Assembly: GCF_006345805.1 (NCBI RefSeq)
Contig: NC_042997.1
Span: forward strand, 7,068,001-7,132,000
Source: Octopus sinensis
Taxonomy: Eukaryota
Length of the DNA stretch: 64,000 bases
Reading direction: 5' to 3'
The notes under the pieces are model-generated. The model did not search any database and was not told where the DNA came from. It was given only the letters and a program-made list of their open reading frames with translations. Below, one piece after another: positions 12,751-27,059 of the stretch. The translations under genes and the position numbers were made by a program. Each line of letters starts with the position of its first letter. Position 1 is the stretch's first letter.

Positions 12751-15399
12751 ATGTATTCTAAATGTCTAAATGGATAATTTTAAGCGAATATACGATCGTA
12801 ACACAGTTCGTAGACTTGTTATAAATTATAGAAAGAAATATTATTTCTATCAATTAAGATGTAGAAATTCCTTTAAGGATGCAGTGTCAGAGATAACTTT
12901 CAAGAAGACTATTTTTCAAAACCAAAAATGACGAAATACATTAAAGAAGAAATCTGAAGTAGAATTTCATTTATGGCTGACAAAAGAATTTTGATTATAG
13001 TACATGAGTCCCAATATTCAGAAATTAATTTGAAGTAGCAGATAAATTTACAAATGTCAAAGCAAAAGTATTACTTCGATCAAGAATAAAATACTGAATC
13101 TTATTTGAATGCTATTGCAAATATTTACATTAAAACCCTGAAATATATTGCGTATTAAAGAATCAAAATAAAATGATACACCAAAAAGATTAATATTGCA
13201 AATCATTGCATTTGTGTTTCTGCAATGTTACTCTAATGCTCAACGCACGCTTTATATTAATGGAAATAATGGCATGTTCAATTTTATCACACGAATTAAA
13301 ATGTAGAAATAACAACTGTAACACATAACTATTTATATATTCTCTGTAGTTTTAAGTTGCCACCTCCTCCTTTACTCACGTCAAATCTCCGAATAATGGA
13401 AAGGAGGCAGAAGTGAGGTTGCTATCATTGAATTGATATATGAATAAAATAAACTGTATAGAGCCTGTATCATAAGCTAAAGTTCCAAATGAGAATTATA
13501 CACTGAAGTGAAGTTCATAAAACTAATGCCCAAATACATACACAAATACTTGTATACATCCACACAAATACACAAAAAAGTAGTACACAAATAAAAGCCT
13601 GCACACACCCACATACTCATATATATATATATATAACAATTGAAGGATTATGCTGACCTAACTACATCAACTAATCAAAATGTGTATTTGTTTCGTAAGG
13701 AAATGTTGGAAACAAAGTAAACCTAACATACTGCAATTGATCGGAAATTAAGTATGATGCTAACATTCATTCAAGCTAAGAGATAACATTTATGGACTCA
13801 GATATTTATATTTCATAAAGATAAAACAGTATGAAAATAATAAAAAAGTTGAAAAAGTGAAAGAATGTAAAACATATTACAAAATGTAACTAAATTTGAC
13901 TCATTATTCTGCTTCAGCTTTCTGTAACGAGAATAGATAGCAAAAACAGAACAATAACAATTACAAATCGAAACTTCCTTCTCTAGTTCTCTTTTCATAC
14001 ATGTATATAGCAATAATAGAACTCCTAAACCGCCATCTGCACTAGCCATTAGTGCTAAAATTTGACCCTAGTCGTCATTTCTTGCTTATTTGATATTTAA
14101 TATGTATTTCGCATTGAAACACTTTCCCCTGCAATGTTTTACGCAGTATCAGTACAAAATTTTGCTTGGTGATAAAGTTATAATAAACATGACTTAGTGC
14201 TAGAGATCGAAATTTTAGAAACATGTAAACAAGAACTATGAAAGAAAAATTTTGTATAAGCGTAAATACTGATGGAATTTTAACGGGATGATACTGAAGA
14301 ATTCAAATGTTTGAAAATTATATTAAGATATATAAATATAGATTCACATTGTACAGCAACAATAAATGTGAAATTCCAATGTATTTCTTTTATGCAAATC
14401 ATATAAATTCACAGAATGGATACTAGAGAAGATACATAATCAATGTTCAAGTATTCTCACTTTTATAATTAGAGCGTCATCCAGGAAAGTTTTTGTTTTT
14501 CTTTTGTGCCGTAAACACGGGATACACCAGCTTTGTCTCCAAACATGTGGCTTTTGGTAAATGGCAATTTAGAAAAATATAAACTATTGTAGCATCTTAT
14601 AGATGAACAACATGAAAGTAAATCTGCTTGATACAAAGGAGCGCGCACGTAGACATTACTGGTTTCGCTTTCTGCATGGCAAATCATACTTAAGTTCGCC
14701 AGCCGAACTTAACGATAAATGTATTTCTGAAATGTTCATTACATTGCACCGTGTGCGTTGTTGCATTTAAATGCCCTTGCGACATTCAAAACGAACTTAT
14801 CGTGAGGCTGTATAATTTTAAATTACATACGTATTATTACCGTTATTAATAATAATCATGATAATAATAGAGTGTCTAGAAAGTCAGTACCTTTACAGGC
14901 AAAATACAAGCAAAATTAAAAATACAATTGGTTATTTAAAATAATACTTGCTATAAACTGTGCTACCACCCTCAAACAACAATTTACTGACAATTAAAAT
15001 GCACACGGCTAGTGTAACAAACGTAGCAGAAACAGGCTTACCTTCCATGGAATCAGAATTAAGGAATACGTAAATTAATTTCGCTTTCCGTATGAAAAAT
15101 CATACTTCACTTCATCAGCCGAACTTAACGCTACTACATATTTTCCTGAAATATCCATCACATTACACCTATTTCGTGTACTTATCCAAATGCATTTGGG
15201 TGCATGCAACGGCGGTACCAATCAAAGTGAAGCAAAATAGTGCGACAGAAATGCATGAAAGAAAATAAAAATCAGATGCAAAATATTTGAGATACCTCAT
15301 ACGGATTCATTAATATCCGGAAAATGACCTATTGCCATAATAAATCACATACAAACAGTATCACGAATTGGGACAAAAGGAAGCTATGTTTTCATGGCC

Positions 15400-15770
15400 A
15401 TGAAATAAAATTCGATGGCTTTTCAAATTCTAGAATTCAAGAAACTTTTGTGAAGAAAAAGGAAAGTCATAGGAAAATCTAATAGCACAGAAATTATCAA
15501 GGTATAGAGAAGCAAATTATTAGATTTATGACAGATTCTGGAACTCGAAGGAGAATAAAAGTGGAAGAACATTTTGCACTCTGTCGAACCAGCAATTTAG
15601 GGAAGATAAGTTTTGAAGGCATAAACCGGCTTGTAAAATATCGTGTGCTTTGTGACACGCAATGCACCAAACAGGAACACAAACAAACAAAATGTCAGAG
15701 GGAAGTGAATAAGAACTATTATACAGAAAAACTGTTAAGAGAGGGAAAATTTTGAAACAGGAGAATTAGC
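15400..15770 (+). mobile_element. Possible decayed PLE GIY-YIG endonuclease fragment
   Basis: ORF 15528-15755 TRRRIKVEEHFALCRTSNL...REVNKNYYTEKLLREG loosely follows the G.T.R..R..EH...LNRE pattern. Confidence 0.25.
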
Positions 15771-17668
15771 CATGCAGGCATTAAAGGAAGTAAAGATAAA
15801 ATAAGAGAAATTTTATAAAGGCTTGAATGTTGCGCATTTACACCTGTTGAAACGATTGTCATGAAAGAATAAAATTTTATCCAACACCAAGCATTATCAC
15901 ATAACATCTACTGGTGTCAGATGAAAACCTTTGGAGAATGTTGTTACGTTTAAAGAAAAATTTTTGACATGCCTAAAACTAATGTAGCAAGGGCTCTGAT
16001 AAGGGATTTCGTGTATACAATCGGATAATACTATGATATATAAGAGAAATACTAATATATTTCTGAGGTTTGGAACATTTTAAACAAAATTATAACGGGA
16101 GTATGTTCTATACAAGAAGCTTCTTAAAAAAAGCTATTGATTTGGATCGCTGACTAATAAAATAATGCTTACCTTATAGTACAACATTTATATGATTGTA
16201 TACAAATATATCGCCTAATCCATAATTTCAACTAAGATAAAGCAGAAACTTCAATGTCTCAGAAATAATAAATCCGTGTACCTTTTATATTTTAAACCAA
16301 ATGTAGCATCAGGAATCAAATCTAAATATAAAAAATATAAATGAAAATTTATTTTATTTAGATCTTCTTAGGAACTACAATTTATATATTTCAGCGTATA
16401 ACATCAAGTCTTATGTTTTCATGATGTATATCTTCTCATGCAAACACCGCTGGCAAATATATATAATATATATATTATATATTATATGCGTAAGCTTATA
16501 TATATATATATGCGTATGTGTGTCTCTGTGTATATTGAAGCAGAGAAATAGCTTGCAACACACCCTGTGCAAGTATTGATACTGTGCAAATATTTAAAGA
16601 AAACTGCATCAAAATAACAGCTTAGAAGCATTAACTAATTTTGGAGAGCGCAACTATTTTCGTTGAAGAAAAAAGGTATTTGTGAATTGTAACATAATGA
16701 AAGTAAACAATGTAAGCTTTAGGCATTCATTCCGTAACAATGGACCGTCATTTTTATTGCACTGATATTTAAGAGTACCAACTAACATTCAATGATACCG
16801 AAATATTCTTCGTTATTTATTCGTTCAGGATAAATGATGTTTCACGAATAGTTTTCAATTTATAATATTTTGCTCAGCTCATGTGATATGCATTAGTTTA
16901 GAGTCATTTCTAAAAACAATTCTGTTTCCTATTTGATAGGATGCTAATGCAACTGCTGTTTTGAATCTGCTGATATGGAGTGAAAGGACATAGCCTTGAC
17001 TCCGACAAGTCAATTCGATAACATTTACGACCCTGTCGGTATGTGTTGCGTCACTTCATGGTGCTGTTGATAATTTGCAATAAAGGAGATTACATTGTGC
17101 ATATAAGCTATATTTTGTACTTTTCATAAACATTGATGACGTGTTTGATAAGAACTTAGTCAATAAACTATAATACTACTAGTTACTTATTGAATTACAT
17201 GGCGTTTTCTATTGCCTTAAATAAATAAAATATTGTTTGTATTATATTGATACTATATGTATTATATTCATACTATGCTGATACCGTATTGTGTGTTCGC
17301 GAGCGTATCATGCATATGAGCATGTGTATATGCATACATATATATTCCCGCATGCACTTGCAACTGACACTCATATAAATATACTTGCATAAATGGGTAA
17401 ATTAATATTACATAAATAGATTTATAAATTTATTCATAGACCTTTCAGCAATTCAATATTTCGTAGAAGATATCATAACGCAAGTTGCACTTTCTTTAGA
17501 TAGAAGATAATGCTATATTTTTCACCTATGCTATATATTTCAGCGAATCAATTATACGTTGACACTCTACAATTTTGTCTGTTTCAGCTAAAAGAAAACT
17601 TCTACATATTACCTGTTATTAAGTGGAACTTATATCTGTCTATATATTTGTGTACACTATGGTACTTG

Positions 17669-17706
<38 letters not shown>

Positions 17707-17716
<10 letters not shown>

Positions 17717-18091
17717 TATTCGAGACAAAACCACTATTTTGCAAAACAAACAAGGAAAGACTTAATCAATACATAAATTTTAATAAATAGTCAAAAAAAC
17801 CGCCACTACAATCGTTTCTTGTCTTGATCGACAATCTTCAGGTGGACTTCCAATAATTCAGTGTCAAATTATTGGAAGTCCACCTGAAGATTGTCGATCA
17901 AGACAAGAAACGATTGTAGTGGCGGTTTTTTTGACTATTTATTAAAATTTATGTATTGATTAAGTCTTTCCTTGTTTGTTTTGCAAAATAGTGGTTTTGT
18001 CTCGAATAATATTTTATAATATTTTACTATAAAATCGATTTAATCCTAAATCTGATTTTTCCCTGTAAATTTGGATTTATTCCCTAATATT

Positions 18092-18093
<2 letters not shown>
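17707..18093. mobile_element. Foldback PLE-like element: 152-bp perfect inverted arms plus 3' tail, between (TA)n tracts
   Basis: 17707-17858 is the exact reverse complement of 17867-18018 (8-nt loop CAGTGTCA); (TA)n at about 17669-17710 and from 18095. Confidence 0.9.
17880..17922 (+). ncRNA. Minimal type I hammerhead ribozyme (mirror copy on minus strand 17803-17845)
   Basis: CCAC-CTGAAGA-TTGTC(GATCAA)GACAA-GAAAC-GATT-GTA-GTGG: stem I CCAC/GTGG, 5-bp stem II, intact CUGANGA/GAAA core, GUA triplet. Confidence 0.85.
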
Positions 18094-18165
<72 letters not shown>

Positions 18166-18697
18166 TCGATTCACAATTACCATATCAAAATAAATAATGA
18201 ATACTTTGCAACAATCACATACATAGGCTTCCACTGATGTGAACACTGCACTTCTTAAGAAGGTGATTTGATCACACCTTCTGCTAGTTAACTCAGAAAC
18301 TCTTGACGACAAACGTAACCAACTTTGTGTTAAGGCATCTTCGGTCTGATGAGTAGCTACTGGAGTAGTCTTTTTTGAGTATTTATTACTTCTTAAGTTC
18401 TGATTGTCAGAAAACATACGTAGACTGGATTTTACTTATTTGGACCCACATTTTGGATTGTTATTCCCATACATCGCAAACATAGTTGCTAACAAGGAAC
18501 TATAAATATCATGCATTAAACTGCACTTAGAAATAATCTATCCCTAGTACACGCGTGGAAATATTTTGTTTTTAAATTTGATGTTGTTACTTGTGGTAGA
18601 CAGCGCAGCTACGTACAACTAAATGAATGGTATACATGTAGGCGCAAGCATATATATATATATACGCACACACATATACATACATATATATATATAC

Positions 18698-18774
<77 letters not shown>

Positions 18775-18780
18775 TATATG

Positions 18781-18812
<32 letters not shown>

Positions 18813-19418
18813 GCACACATACACACATACACACATACACATATATATATATATATCACATTCTACACAACAGTTAATAATGCGCTGAATAACGTGACAT
18901 TGTTTTTGCATCAAAACCCTGAAGCAATTGAATGTTTGGTATATTTTGTTAATCTATCTACAGTTATGTAGACACTATTCATGTCTTCTTCGCCTTTATT
19001 GACTTTCCTTTGTGTTTCTTTATGTTTCGTTGCAATTGTTAATTCAATAATACTGTGTTCATCGGGGAGCTGAGAAGTTTCATTGATGTAATAACTACTT
19101 TATATAATCCCCATTCCCTTGCTGGTTTCTTTCATCTTGGACTAGTTTATGGTTCATCTGGGATTATCACGTTAGTGAAATTATGATAGAAGTGCCAAAA
19201 TATAATTCCTCAAAAATATGTATACCTTTGTTTCTTGTTATTTCGTCGGCAATAGCTTGTTTAGTCAGACAATATATAATATTATGCAAACAACGACATC
19301 TAAGACGTTCCGTTTAAATGTCGATATTATCATCTGAATGAAATAATAATGTACAAGGTTATTTTATATTACCATCTATATATATATATATATGTATATG
19401 TATGTATATATATATATT

Positions 19419-19494
<76 letters not shown>

Positions 19495-22400
19495 ATATAA
19501 ACATCTATTTGTGTATATAACGTGTATAACTACGTGTGCTTGTAAGCATACATTTCGACACATTTCTGCTCTTTTCGAAAGTTATGATTGACTACTTCAC
19601 TTCTTGTCGCAGGCAGCTCCTGTGAAATCACGTAATCGCATTGTGAGTTGTAATAACATAATAATCGTACTCATTACACATCAAACAGTCAGTTAAAGGA
19701 GTTCATAGAATGTTGTTTCTCTTTTAGCTTATTCACCAAACTTTTACGCTGGTAGTAATTTGGTATCGTGTGTTTTACAGTTTATTGCATTTAATAATGT
19801 GTGAGTTGTATAGGAAATAATATTCGATTCTTACCTGAAAGAATGTAAAAAGCGAAAACAGCACTTCTAAAACCAAATACTTGCGCAAATATGCTCTGAT
19901 TAAATCAACGTTGAAAGAGAAAACAAAAGCGAGTAATAAATTGTCGCATTTCTAAGTTAAGGTTAATGTACAACCAGTCTACACGTGAATGGAAAACAGT
20001 GATATTTCTCTTTCTTTTAGTTTGATACGATCAAAGGGTGTAGAATACAAATCCTAATTGCAGCTTAAGAATATGACCAAAGAAAAATTATGTACATGAT
20101 ACGTATTGTAGTTGGATATATTTTCTTACTAGTTACTTCTCGAGTTTTGCTGACATAATACTTAAGCATGATCTTTTGTAGATATTACCCGATATAATCC
20201 GATTATTTGCAATAATTGTAAACTAATGAGCATGTGTGTATAAGCGGAAGATATCGCTCATTTCGACTAGATATCTAGTATGTGGGTTATATATATATGA
20301 GCATGTGTGTGTCTTGTATTCGATTGCTAATCGGAATAACGACATTTGGATTAGATGCAAACTTTCCTTTTATGTTTACTCCAGATAATTGTAGATAATG
20401 TCTAGTATATCTCGAAGCAAATTATACTAAGCATTTGAGGAAATCATACAATAATATAACTAACATTTCACTAGTTCAATATTTGCCAAGTGACATTCAA
20501 TGGATCATGCATAACTACGTTATTAGTATTAAGATGTTTAGAATTTTTTCTAAAATAAGAATATTGTTAATGACATCATATGATATATGAAGTTGCGGCA
20601 AATATATTCTTTGAAATTTGGCAATTTAATATTTATATAGTGACTAAACGTCGCTAACGAATGCACTGTTCATCCATTATTGATAATTCTTGATGGTCCT
20701 GTTATTTCATAATAGCCTTATTGGGTAACCACGCATGTAAAGTTGCATGTAGGACAAGAATAAAATATTACCTTCCTATACCAGTAATTGTAGAGCAACG
20801 TATTTAGCGCAAACAAAAGACTCGCGTTTTCCATCCATAATAATTCTATGACTTTAAAAAAATTGTCTTCATTACTTGGGTGGTGGTTAGGAAGTAATAT
20901 TATAAATATCAATACTTAAATATGAAACTAGTTTGCAAAAATATTGAATTTCCACGCAATTTTCTAATAAAGCTATATGCACAACATCGTTAGATTTAAC
21001 TTTATTTTAATGACATTAAAATATTATCACTAATTTGCACATGTTATTTAAGATTAGATATTTCTGCCAGATATGTATATGTATGTAATTGTTTGCTCAT
21101 TAGATCCTAGCATGTGCCTGTGGTTTATGTCTAAGCCAGGATGAACTTTTTGTTCGAAGGATCATCTGTTGCAGATGCATGCGATTTTCTCCTCTCTACT
21201 TTGCCGATATTCTTCATATGTAGGCAAGACAAGAGCCAATAATGTTTCCAATCAAATTTCGTAATTTTGGTAACAGAAAGTAAAATTATTGAAGAGATGT
21301 CTTAAGACCTTCCGCATCATGTTCTAAGAATTTTCTAATTAAATTCCTATTATTTTATGGACCCCGAAATTATTGAAATGACATGGAATTCAGTGTGATT
21401 TGAACTAAAATTGAGGTGAGTCCAACAAATGGAGCAGCCCTTTCTATCTGATATTCTCATCGCTCAGTCAATTTACTTTTCATATAATATATTCTTTGAT
21501 AATTTAGCAATAAGATATATCATTTACACAGCTATATCTTATTAAATGTATGTAAATATCAGAATTTATATCTTGGATGACATGTTATTAAAGAGTTACG
21601 GTTAATGAAAATCAAGGTTTGCATTCCGTAGATTCTTTGGTATTTGTTTTAACTTCTGTTACAGTTCGAAATGATTATTTGTTTGTGATTCATATATTGA
21701 GTTCCCTACTTTCCTCATGCAACCCGAAGATATCAATGTCATTAACATTGAAATCATATTTATATACCTGCAGAGACGTACGGTAATTACTTTTCAATTT
21801 ATTTCTGAATAATGAAGAATGATTGATGTAGCTTTTCTGATATTTACCTTCCATCATGACGATTTAATTAAAAGTTTGATGTTATTTGCAGATCCGTAAT
21901 GGTTGCATGTATTATTCTATTTTCTCTACCAAATGTTCTTCATGCATGAACTAGAAGTAAAATTAACCTCAATATTGCCCTATTCAGTAAGTTCAGACAT
22001 CTCTGTTCAATGAGGAAGTATTCATGTATGACGACTAATACTTCATCATATATGTGGAATTTAGCATTGAGCGAAAAAATTCTTGGGCAAATAGAAAATC
22101 AAGTTTAATTCTCATTCTGTCAGCAATGTTGTTTTGTTCATCAATACATCTTTAATATTCTTTTTTTATTACTTATATTGCATTCCAGATATTTTAATGA
22201 TTTGTGACCGGATTAATTAAACATTTAATTTAGTTTACTTCTAGAATGCTGAACACATATCTCGGTTTCAGTTATAAACTGAAAATTATAAATCTTCGTA
22301 AGTGTAGACAATCAAAATCCGAGAACGAAATACTTGAAGGTACCAAATATTAATTTATCAAAAGAAACAAAACAAAACACTTTGCAGTGTAATGTGAAAA

Positions 22401-23319
22401 TTCTACAATTTGTATGTTAAATATTTTATTAAGAATAGTTACTAAAGTGAATGTTTCGTTGGAACATAAGATACTATTTTGTTTACCATTAGACAAACAC
22501 TTATATGGACTTGTAATGCCTATAATCAATCGCGTTTATATCGCTGAATGCCGCAAACCATCCGCTGCGAACTTGGGAGCTATCAGGCCCCTTTAGTTCG
22601 ACATTTCTAGAGATTGTTAATGACAGGCGTCCAGCAAGACAGTTGTCGAATTCCCTCGGGAGCGACATAAAGAAAGCCAGTGGCTTTACAGATACTTGTA
22701 TCGCAAATAGCTAATAGGTAACGTCTGAATTCGAAAATTTATGAAACGTTAAAACAGTCTATGTTATGTTTAATACATATCACAGAAGAAACTCGTAAAG
22801 AAACGAAAAGTGTGAAAAAGCTAATAAGAGCTCAATGTTTCTAATGCTAAATAACTTTTCAGACTTTGAGTAGTATGTTATGGCGATCTTTCTAAAATGA
22901 TTAGTACTTCCAACGATAGTAAAATCCAACGCAGCCGAAAAAAAGCTTATTTTCTCCAAGAGCATCATTTGTATAAATCGTTATCTCTTCAACGTGTTTA
23001 TAAAACACTAATATATTTTTTTGCGTTCATGGTGATATTTTATACAAATATCATTTATGATGTTGAATTTTTCAACAAATTTCAAAGTGCTGTATTAAGC
23101 TTAACAAATGGAACAATTTTAGTTTTAAACAGTTAATGGAAGTTAAAACATACATGAAATTGAAGCATATGTCTATGTATGTGAGTGGGTTTCTGTGTCA
23201 GTGTTTGTGCATATGCCTTTGTACATACGTGGATACGTGATGCTAGTGTGCATGAACATATGTAGAAGCAATGTGAAAGAGAAATGTACGTAGAATATAT
23301 TCCGAAGTTGCTATCAGTG

Positions 23320-23358
23320 ATCTATCTATCTATCTATCTATCTATCTATATATATATA

Positions 23359-23425
<67 letters not shown>
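23320..23425. repeat. (CTAT)n microsatellite
   Basis: Tetranucleotide run. Confidence 0.95.
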
Positions 23426-23461
23426 ATATATATATATATATATATAGTGAGAGAGAGAGAG

Positions 23462-24843
23462 AATTGTTAGAGTGGATCACAAACGTTAAGGCAAGATAAA
23501 CATATCAAGTCGTATACACTATTATTTCTTGAAAAGATTCAATGTCTTACAGCTGTTTCTGAGATATCCCACAGCATGGAATATTCCGTGAACGGTGAAA
23601 GTAGGGAACATTAGAAAGGTAGAGAGTAATGAAGTGACGACATAGAGAACAGCAGTAACAGAATAAGAAGATGAAGAGAGAGAACATATACTAGAAAAAA
23701 TACAATATTAACGTTTGTGGTCTATAATACACTCTGGCATCCCATATCAGAGCCAGCACTCCATTTGTAGTCTATGCTAAAAGAAGCTCTCAAGATATTA
23801 ACCCATAACTCGCCATAATTGTTAATAAACATAACGATGCCTTGACAACGTGTAAGCACACATTCTTCCGCACTTTTTTTATTCTTCCACAAAGCCGAAT
23901 GTAAATTTGCCCCCAACGAATAACACCCATATACAAACCTCAATGATCGTTAACACATACCACTTTGTATCTCTTCTATCAAACATAACTCATCATATTA
24001 TAAGATATATATTAATTCTTTAATGTATTTTTAAACCTTGAACTAATAAATCTCCTAATATTTAATTCTAACTTCTACTCCATTCATGACTACGTACACA
24101 CCTATAACCACATTGCTAAAAATAACTCTACAAATCGGATATATGAATTTACTACTAGATTTCCTCTCTAACCCCTATAGACTAGAACAATACTATTAGC
24201 ACCTACTATTCTATTTAAACTCCTTTAATTTTACTTAATTTTGTTTATTTTGCTTTTTTATGCTATCTTCATTTACATCCTCCTCCTCTCTCTCATCTTC
24301 TTGGATATTTTTGTACACTATATCCTTAGACACTATATTTTTATATACTTTACTTTATCCTTAGCACCAATCTTTAACTAACCCTCACTCTCTCTACCTC
24401 CCCTTCTGTTTATTTATTTTTATTTCTCTTTATCACTAAATACCCACTTCCGCTACCATTCTGTTATTGAATGTTATATTCTCATTTAATTCTGAGTGTT
24501 TACACTAGCAAGATTTCAAACTACACGCATTTATGCAAGATCGTACCTAAGGACTTACGGCTTACTTCTACACGATCGGAAAGTTGAACTGTGAACTTCC
24601 ATGTTTCTTTTTCCTTACCTTCCTACATCTCATTACTCCTTTACTCATGCCCTTTATCTCGTCATCTCATTAATCTATACCCTTCTCATTTTCCCTCTTT
24701 GTCTCGTCTCTAATGACGAAATATCTCATATTCTGGGATATCCCAGAAACAGCAGCAAGACTCTGAATTGTTTCCAATAGTAATGATGTATATTGCTTGA
24801 TATGTTTGCCTTGCCTTAACGTTTGTTACTCTCTTTAACAATT
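23462..24843. mobile_element. Old PLE-like element with diverged inverted terminal arms (about 230 bp) around about 0.9 kb of body
   Basis: 23462-23570 aligns at roughly 75% to the reverse complement of 24735-24843, with weaker similarity extending inward; degenerate hammerhead at 24706-24761 and an intact 3' half (GAAAC-AGCT-GTA-AGAC) on minus strand 23544-23559. Confidence 0.65.
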
Positions 24844-25009
24844 ATATATCCGCTATATCGAAAATCTGCAATTGCTCCATAACTAATGTCTCGGCTATAA
24901 ACTTGGAGAACTAGTAATCCGTTACATTTACCTAGCGTACCTAATCGTTTAGATCACCTGTGAACTAAACCCCATATTGTGTACACACACACACATATAT
25001 ATATATATG

Positions 25010-25062
<53 letters not shown>

Positions 25063-25067
<5 letters not shown>

Positions 25068-25322
25068 GAATTAGAGATAAAACCATTATTATGTAATTCA
25101 AACAGTGATAGACATAAACCAATATATAAATAACAAATAATATATGCAATTAATATAATATATATTATTTGTTATTTATGTATTCGTTTATGTCAATCAC
25201 TTTTTGAGTTGCATAATAGTGGTTTTATCTCTAATTCATATTTTACATATTTATACTGTGAAATTTGATTTAATACTAAATTGAATTTTTCCCTGTATGT
25301 TTGGAGATATACTCCCTAATAT
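25063..25322. mobile_element. Foldback element of the same family as 17707-18093, lacking the hammerhead centre
   Basis: Arms 25063-25145/25159-25242 about 90% identical; arm and tail (GATTTAATACTAAATTGAATTTTTCCCTGT...TCCCTAATATT) resemble 17707-17750 and 18030-18093; (TA)n on both sides. Confidence 0.75.
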
Positions 25323-26087
25323 TATATATATACACACACATATAATAGAAGCAGGTTTCGAGGAAAAAAGACTACACGTGGTGCAAATAGGAGAAAAGCA
25401 AAAGAAACAAAAATACACACTAGCTATCAAAGTAATTGCTTTTTGATATAAAAAACAAAGATACATATACATACAAATAAATCATTTGTGGTGGAATTAA
25501 GAAGTATAAAAATTATTATTATGAGTCAACATAGCAAGTTGTAACGGTTTTGTCATCTCTGTTCACTTACTTTGCATCAACACCGATATCCAAACGGTGT
25601 TGAGTCTAATAGTACCTGAATGAAAAGATCCGTGCAAAGGAGATAAATTCATATACATATTTATATATATAAATATGCATATGAACATATGGATATACAT
25701 ATGGATATTGATACGAATACAAACAAAGCATATTCAGATGGAGACGTGTATATGCATAGATATATTTATATACGTTGACAGATAAAGTTAGTTTTACATA
25801 GAATATAAAAGAATACAAGAAACTAAAGGGAGACTACATGTTTTTAACTATACAGCCGTTTCTTGCGGCAGTGAATTACGTAATAATTTAATACCCATAA
25901 CTGTTGGAATGCAAAAACGGCATGAATATGGGATTCATACATGTTGCATAGATATTTATACCGTAAGACCGAACTCCTTCATCAGAAGGACAAAATAATT
26001 CCAAGTAAATCTAAACATGTTTGCCTATATATATAAATACCTGTATTCATAGATTTATATTTGTCAGTGTATATAAGTGTCTGTATA

Positions 26088-26131
<44 letters not shown>

Positions 26132-26150
26132 AATTCACGCACTCAAACAT

Positions 26151-26257
<107 letters not shown>

Positions 26258-26314
26258 CGTATATATACATATACATAAATATATATATATGAAGCCTAAT
26301 CCGGTTCGTCTGCA

Positions 26315-26520
26315 GAGAAACTCTGCACTGTTGTGGAAATTAGATGTCCATCGGATGTTAACATAAACCTGAAGATCAGTGAAAAAGAGAACTCCTATGC
26401 TGAACTATTGAGAAATCTGCAATTACTCTATCCAGATTAAAAGTTCAGGTTTATACTGATGATTATTAGCGACCTGGGATATGTAACACATTCCAAAAAT
26501 AACAATCGGGAGTAATTAGG
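26315..26520 (+). mobile_element. R4/NeSL-like LINE RLE-domain fragment
   Basis: KLCTVVEIRCPSDVNINLKISEKENSYAELLRNLQLLYPD*KFRFILMIISDLGYV: typical RLE C-terminal pattern with an in-frame stop. Confidence 0.7.
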
Positions 26521-26654
26521 CTTCTCAAAACCATAAAAGAGAAAGCTAATTCGAATACTACAGATTTAATCTATCACTGGAACTGTAAAGATCTGTATAA
26601 CCTCCCCGAGGTTTATCATTTAAATATATATGAGCATGTCTAGATATGCTGCTA

Positions 26655-27059
<405 letters not shown>

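Noticed and set aside
15083-15120. Minus-strand CTGATGA...hairpin...GAAA as a hammerhead
   Set aside because: Six extra nt before stem II, and no stem I/III pairing or NUH site.
16940-17038. Exon-like segment with good acceptor (TTTCCTATTTGATAG) and donor (CG|GTATGT)
   Set aside because: Stops in all three frames; could only be a non-coding exon and nothing else supports it.
18346-18375. CTGATGA followed by a small hairpin
   Set aside because: No GAAA or stems I/III.
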